This document shows, piece after piece, positions 28,107 through 32,000 of a stretch of DNA of 32,000 nt (position 1 is its first letter; each line of letters opens with the position of its first letter). The position numbers and the translations under genes are program-made. Under the pieces are notes generated by a model. It had not been told where the DNA came from and made no database searches. It saw only the letters and a program-made list of their open reading frames with translations. The stretch is from Haloquadratum walsbyi C23 (lineage in GTDB: Archaea > Halobacteriota > Halobacteria > Halobacteriales > Haloferacaceae): NCBI RefSeq assembly GCF_000237865.1, contig NC_017459.1, positions 2,100,001 through 2,132,000 of the forward strand. Reading direction: 5' to 3'.

Positions 28107-28448
28107 AGGCACCAGCAATATAACAAGAGTTCCACACGGAGCAGGGTCAACTCGGCGAGAGGACGCCCAGGACTGCAAAGCGGAGGATTAAGTACCCAAT
28201 CGACGACAAGAATTAAGATATCCGCCGGCAGTGCTAGAATTCATAATACGCTATTTTATTCAATTCCGAGGGTAAGACCCCTTCCTCAAACAGCGAACAG
28301 AGCGTATCGAAGTGAGCAAGTGAAGCGTGGCTCGTTTGAGGCGTCGGACGGGACTCGATACAATGCTGATGCGAACAGTGCGGCGAATATGCCTCAAAAG
28401 GTCATAACTAAGTCGAATTTAGACTTTTCAGTTCAAAGAAGGGTATAG
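28107..28448 (+). pseudogene. tnpB: relic E: tnpB C-terminal half pseudogene (IS200/IS605, IS1341-group)
   Basis: A 114-codon open frame without a usable start. It reads ...KISAGSARIHNTLFYSIPRVRPLPQTANRAYRSEQVKRGSFEASDGTRYNADANSAANMPQKV. This matches the TnpB layout (P.yTSQ.C..CG....R..F.C..CG...ADxNAAxNI) with the zinc-finger cysteines lost. It is GC-richer than its flanks. Confidence 0.5.
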
Positions 28449-28533
28449 AGCGGAATATGGACATCCCACCACCAGTGAGCACACCAAGTCGTCAGTGTGT
28501 TGACAATCGACCAATGCCGTCATATCCCGGGAG

Positions 28534-28544
28534 TATTTTATTTA
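28534..28544 (+). promoter_or_regulatory. TATA-like box upstream of the REC-HalX-GAF-HTH regulator gene
   Basis: TATTTTATTTA is centred about 32 nt upstream of the ATG at 28571. It lies in the segment just downstream of tnpB relic E. Confidence 0.3.
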
Positions 28545-28570
28545 CTCGCACACGTTGCGTACGTACGACA

Positions 28571-30427
28571 ATGGCTGTTCAAGACGGTGATGGCAATCAT
28601 ATAGCACGAACAGCGCCAGATCCGAGCGTTCTCATTGTTGACGATGATAAGGATCTTGCCGATACATGTGAGTATTGGCTTCGTGATGATTTTGTGGTTC
28701 GTGTTGCATATAGTGGGCAGGCAGCGCTTGAGGCGATCGATGACGCCGTTGACGTAGTATTACTTGATCGGCGAATGCCAGGGCTCTCTGGGGATGAAGT
28801 GCTCACGGAACTTCGTGATCGTGATTTCGACTGTCGAGTTGCAATGATGACCGCTGTCGAACCTGATACTGATATTGTCGATATGGCATTTGATGAGTAT
28901 CTTGTCAAGCCTGTTGACGAACAAGATGTCATTGGAACTGTCGAGGAATTACTTGTTCGGGGAGAGTTCAAAGACACAGTGCGTGAGTACTTCGCACTTG
29001 AATCAATCGAGACAATATTGACCAATCGTGATAGTGATGACCTCCATGATCCAACTGTACTTACAGATATCAAAACACAACTCGATGAACTGCGAGCAAC
29101 GCAAGAGTCGACAATCAAAGAGCGTGAACAACAACTGAAACGTGCACGAGAAATAAACAGTCTTCTCCGCACTGTCGATAGCGTACTTGTGGATGGGTCA
29201 ACGCGTCAAGAGCTTGAATCAGCAGTGTGCACATCAGTCGTTGAGACAGGGAATTATGATGGTGCATGGATTGCTCGATACGATGAGGTGATGAGCCATT
29301 TCACATGTCAAGCAAATGCAGGATCAAGAGTGCCAGCTGTTGGGTCAGAGATACATGAGAGTAATCCAATCGCCGAGTCAATTCAATGTGCCCTGAAGAA
29401 TGACTCCGTCAAGACCGCCAGCAAAGATACAAATGTTGATAATACCGTTATCATCGCCCCAGTTACATATCGTGATGCAACATACGGCACTCTTGCCGTG
29501 ACCGTCCATGGGTCGGCAAGTAGTGAAGAACAATCAGTATTTGATGAGATTGGCGATCGACTTGGTCATAGTATAAATGCTGTCGAATCAAAGCGCCTGC
29601 TGTATGAGGATGCAGCTATTGAGTTAGAGTTTGAGCATACGGACACTCGCGATATACTCGTTGATCTTTCAGTTGAATTTAATACAGAAGTCCGAGTTGA
29701 AGGACTTTCACCGACAGCCGATGGTGTTGTTTCTGCGTATGTTGTTATTGATGGAGCTGATGCAGACACTGTTCTTTCGATGCTATCCCCGCTTGAGGCT
29801 ATCATTAACGCCCGTGTCGTCACCGATGAGCCAACAGAAACGTTATTTGAGTTGCAGTTGGTGGATGCATCTGTACTACTTCCCCTTGTTGAGTTTGGAA
29901 GCGCTGTTGAGTCACTTGTTGCAACAGATGGTAACGGCAGTGTCACCATCCGTGTGCCATCACAGTCAAACCCACGGACTATTATCAATACAATTCAATC
30001 ATCATTCCCAGATATCACCGTCACAGCGAAACGAAAGGTAGACAATAACGTTCAGTCACTGAATTCATTCAAACGACGACTTGAGGAGATACTAACCACG
30101 CGACAACTTGACGTACTTGAGACAGCCCTGACATCTGGATATTTTGAATGGCCACGTGATAGTACAGCAGAACAGGTTGCAGATTCACTTGGAATTGCGG
30201 CACCGACATTTCATGAACATCTTCGTTCGGGTGAGCGTAAGCTCATGAAGACATTCTTCGCAGAACGGAAACGAGCGCGCGAAAATGGAAGAAGTAAAAC
30301 CGAAATATCATCGACACTAGAAGCAGAAACACACCTAGACTCGGATGTAGACGTAGACGCAGGCGTAGATTCAGATACAAATGAAGGCTCAACAACAGAA
30401 AGTGAAGTGAATTCAGAACTCAATTGA
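28571..30427 (+). CDS. response regulator with REC, HalX, GAF, BAT-type and HTH_10 domains (Bat-like transcription regulator)
   Basis: REC (VLIVDDDKDLA ... VVLLDRRMPGLSGDEV ... YLVKP), then a coiled HalX-like segment (LDELRATQESTIKEREQQLKRAREI). A GAF-like region follows, then the C-terminal HTH_10 (LTTRQLDVLETALTSGYFEWPRDSTAEQVADSLGIAAPTFHEHLRSGERKLM). The open frame starts at 28457, and the ATG at 28571 (MAVQDG) is the plausible start. Confidence 0.9.
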   Translation: MAVQDGDGNHIARTAPDPSVLIVDDDKDLADTCEYWLRDDFVVRVAYSGQAALEAIDDAVDVVLLDRRMPGLSGDEVLTELRDRDFDCRVAMMTAVEPDTDIVDMAFDEYLVKPVDEQDVIGTVEELLVRGEFKDTVREYFALESIETILTNRDSDDLHDPTVLTDIKTQLDELRATQESTIKEREQQLKRAREINSLLRTVDSVLVDGSTRQELESAVCTSVVETGNYDGAWIARYDEVMSHFTCQANAGSRVPAVGSEIHESNPIAESIQCALKNDSVKTASKDTNVDNTVIIAPVTYRDATYGTLAVTVHGSASSEEQSVFDEIGDRLGHSINAVESKRLLYEDAAIELEFEHTDTRDILVDLSVEFNTEVRVEGLSPTADGVVSAYVVIDGADADTVLSMLSPLEAIINARVVTDEPTETLFELQLVDASVLLPLVEFGSAVESLVATDGNGSVTIRVPSQSNPRTIINTIQSSFPDITVTAKRKVDNNVQSLNSFKRRLEEILTTRQLDVLETALTSGYFEWPRDSTAEQVADSLGIAAPTFHEHLRSGERKLMKTFFAERKRARENGRSKTEISSTLEAETHLDSDVDVDAGVDSDTNEGSTTESEVNSELN

Positions 30428-30511
30428 GAAGTTAACAACCGCGAATTTTCGGTTGCTATCAATTTTGATTGTGTGTGCTTGCAGGTGCTGTCGGTTTTAC
30501 AGGTGGTCGAG

Positions 30512-30547
30512 GAGAATACCCTGGAGCTTGACCCCGAGGCGATTCAC
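30512..30547 (+). mobile_element. relic G: solo decayed LE-like end of the relic D hairpin family
   Basis: GGAGAATACCCTGGAGCTTGACCCCGAGGCGATTCAC. The 14-mer GCTTGACCCCGAGG (30526-30539) is the exact reverse complement of 26130-26143 in relic D. The GGAGAATACC prefix is shared with the LE of relic F. The hairpin pairing is degraded. Confidence 0.35.
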
Positions 30548-30647
30548 GAACGCCATTCTTACTCCAACAGCGCAAGCAAAATGACTCGGGACGATTCACC
30601 AGCAAGAGATGTAATTATTACTGGTAAGATATGTTGGTATGAATACA

Positions 30648-31124
30648 TTAATCTGATGATTCCGCAGAGCGGCTTGGCATGAAATCACTGATCGTATCAA
30701 GTAAATCAGTCTTTGAGATTGGTTTTTGAATGCGTCCATCGAATGGAGACGGCTCAGATTTGTCTGTGATCATATGATTGTGTGTATGCGACCAGTGACT
30801 GTGATTAATTGATGACGCAGTAAGGAGAATCATTTTTGGGTTGCCTGCTCGGTCTTGCAGTTGTGTACATACTTCATCACCAGAAAGCCCTGGCATTCGC
30901 CGGTCGACGATGACGATGTCAACAGAGTCATCGTATATATCAACAGCTTCTGTTCCAGTGTATGCTGTTCGAACATCGTATTGATCAGCAAGCCAAAGCG
31001 CAACGCTATCGGTAAGCGCAGACTCATCATCGGCAATGAGAACCGTTGTATTCTGTTCAGACGGTCGTGTAGCGGGTGTGGACACAGTTTTTGAGTGATA
31101 ATATTTGCTAGGGTTGCAATTCAA
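30648..31124 (-). CDS. single-domain response regulator (REC) with a His-rich insertion
   Basis: VLIADDESALTDS ... IVIVDRRMPGLSGDEV ... ILLTA ... IQKP. It is paralogous to the REC domain of the 28571 gene. No ATG lies upstream of the domain, so the start is TTG 31124 or GTG 31085 (uncertain). Confidence 0.7.
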   Translation of the reverse strand: MNCNPSKYYHSKTVSTPATRPSEQNTTVLIADDESALTDSVALWLADQYDVRTAYTGTEAVDIYDDSVDIVIVDRRMPGLSGDEVCTQLQDRAGNPKMILLTASSINHSHWSHTHNHMITDKSEPSPFDGRIQKPISKTDLLDTISDFMPSRSAESSD

Positions 31125-31311
31125 GATATTTCAGTTGCGGTGCATTATCTGCAATTGGCAATGATTCGTCTGAATCCCAATATAGCATTAAGACAATTAA
31201 CTGGGATTATTTAGCATATAATTGAGTATCAATCCATATATTCGATTATCCATTCAATTTCAAAGGATCGGATCCTCAACTCATCGTTGTCGATAATAGA
31301 TTTCACTATCG

Positions 31312-31512
31312 TCAGGCATCATTCATGCGCTGAGCAATCTGTTCACCACAGTGTTGACATTCGGTCACACGGTATGGTTCACGCGAGAACGCACGGTTTG
31401 TTTCTTTTGTGCTTTCGGTCCGTAGATCAATAGATACCTTATGCGGGGTTCGCGTGTCACAGACATCGCAATATTCCGTAAGCGTACTCAGTTTGGGTCT
31501 ACTTTTCGACAT
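31312..31512 (-). CDS. small zinc-ribbon protein (C2C2), hypothetical
   Basis: 66-aa ORF with an ATG start and two CxxC pairs (CDVCDT ... CQHCGE). Confidence 0.55.
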   Translation of the reverse strand: MSKSRPKLSTLTEYCDVCDTRTPHKVSIDLRTESTKETNRAFSREPYRVTECQHCGEQIAQRMNDA

Positions 31513-31810
31513 TGGTTTGTTCTCATAAGATGTAATGTGATAGTCTTAATTCAGTACCCACCCTACATGATTAGGGATAAATGAAAGTCGAACGGACACA
31601 ATTGACAAGTACGCAGTCGTCTGGTCCATGTCACGGATTTTAATATGGTAATGACAATTCATATCGCTATCATTTCGTTCTCTTAGATCCGTATTCTCTT
31701 ATCATATCTGTTGCTCGCATCTTACAGAGCGGATCTATCTGATCAGGTTGGAATGGTCGGGTGAATTTAGAGTTCAGATCTGTGTGAGAATATGCGTATA
31801 CAGAATCAAG

Positions 31811-32000
31811 GAGAATACCTGCGGTTCAGCCGCAGGATGAATCCGACAACTCGGAGTCAATCTACGCTACGAAAGCCACTCTGAGACTTGACAATCCGTA
31901 ACCTAAACTGATAGGCAGTTCTACATATCGATAGGAATCAGGCTGGGAACCGAGCGATTCCCTCCAGTCCGACGATGGCGGCCTGTCCGCCCCAAGCAAT
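31811..32000 (+). mobile_element. relic F: LE and 5' part of a relic-B-family IS200/IS605-type element, truncated by the window edge
   Basis: The LE hairpin is GAATA-CCTGCGG-ttca-GCCGCAGG-ATGAATCCGAC (31813-31847). Positions 31964-32000 are a perfect 37-nt reverse-complement match to 15639-15675 of relic B, with further similarity back to about 31930. I cannot tell whether a tnpB follows. Confidence 0.55.

Noticed and set aside
26160-28107. Relics A-D are all minus-strand and E, G and F are all plus-strand. The switch falls near a 400-bp AT-rich intergenic region (26452-26853). This could mark a change in replication direction, since IS200/IS605 insertion is strand-biased.
   Set aside because: Seven elements with a single switch is not statistically compelling, roughly a 1 in 9 chance. 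No orc1/cdc6 gene or ORB-like repeats are visible.
28597-29172. Long antisense or alternate-frame ORFs overlapping strong genes. Examples are 28597-29172, 24563-25195, 21280-21774, 6646-7101, 17419-17883, 13005-13436 and 29566-29988.
   Set aside because: Their translations are Ser/Arg/Cys-rich or otherwise unlike the acidic proteome. They lie opposite or out of frame to ORFs with clear domain signatures. Such shadow ORFs are expected opposite GAN-rich acidic coding sequence.
30654-30690. C/D-box sRNA-like motifs (CTGATGA ... CTGA).
   Set aside because: The boxes are only about 37 nt apart, with no C'/D' pair or terminal stem. They lie inside the coding sequence of the REC gene.
31685-31736. 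A 7-bp inverted repeat AGATCCG ... CGGATCT separated by 38 nt, upstream of relic F.
   Set aside because: The arms are short and the spacer is long and AT-rich. There is no second copy and no association with a gene start, so it is compatible with chance.
1-32000. Scan for tRNA, rRNA, RNase P, SRP RNA and riboswitch signatures.
   Set aside because: I recognised no T-loop/acceptor-stem pattern, rRNA block or other known structured-RNA consensus. All GC-rich structured patches are accounted for by the IS relics. A tRNAscan/Infernal run would be needed to exclude small RNAs formally.

Overview
The window looks like core chromosome of a haloarchaeon. The proteins are strongly acidic and the DNA is visibly more AT-rich than in most Halobacteria, which suggests a Haloquadratum-like organism (inference only, no search was run). 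I support about 28 protein genes. They include a 5'-nucleotidase-family phosphoesterase, a Usp, MscS, a TrmB-family regulator with a ribbon-helix-helix (RHH) protein, and the RFC large subunit. There is a polar amino-acid ABC transporter operon, CtaA, an M24 peptidase, NADP-malic enzyme MaeB, and an RNase HI-like protein. Further genes are a DMT transporter, archaeal Cmk, DUF1684, a ribosomal-protein-uS10 paralog, an M20 amidohydrolase, AbrB-PhoU and a COG3199 NAD-kinase-like protein. A two-component cluster contains a histidine kinase (HK), a REC-HalX-GAF-HTH regulator and a single-domain REC. Two small zinc-finger proteins complete the list. I found no rRNA, tRNA or CRISPR array. The main signal outside the genes is a set of at least seven GC-rich intergenic relics of IS200/IS605 (IS1341-group, tnpB-only) elements, none with an intact tnpB. 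Three of them share a structured RE-side module that looks like a TnpB omega-RNA scaffold. Their hairpins differ in sequence between copies but keep their base pairing. Non-autonomous elements of this type (PATEs) are already known from Haloquadratum. Treating them as orphan omega-RNA genes, or as RNAs co-opted for regulation or termination, is my inference and is untested. Secondary observations are a uS10 paralog, a shared palindrome upstream of both zinc-finger genes, and an RNase H-like gene with a basic tail encoded by tandem 9-nt repeats. The HK has a degenerate ATP-binding domain, and the single-domain REC carries a His-rich insertion. I do not see a clear defence or other multi-gene novel system. 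All calls come from reading the sequence and ORF translations, with no database search.
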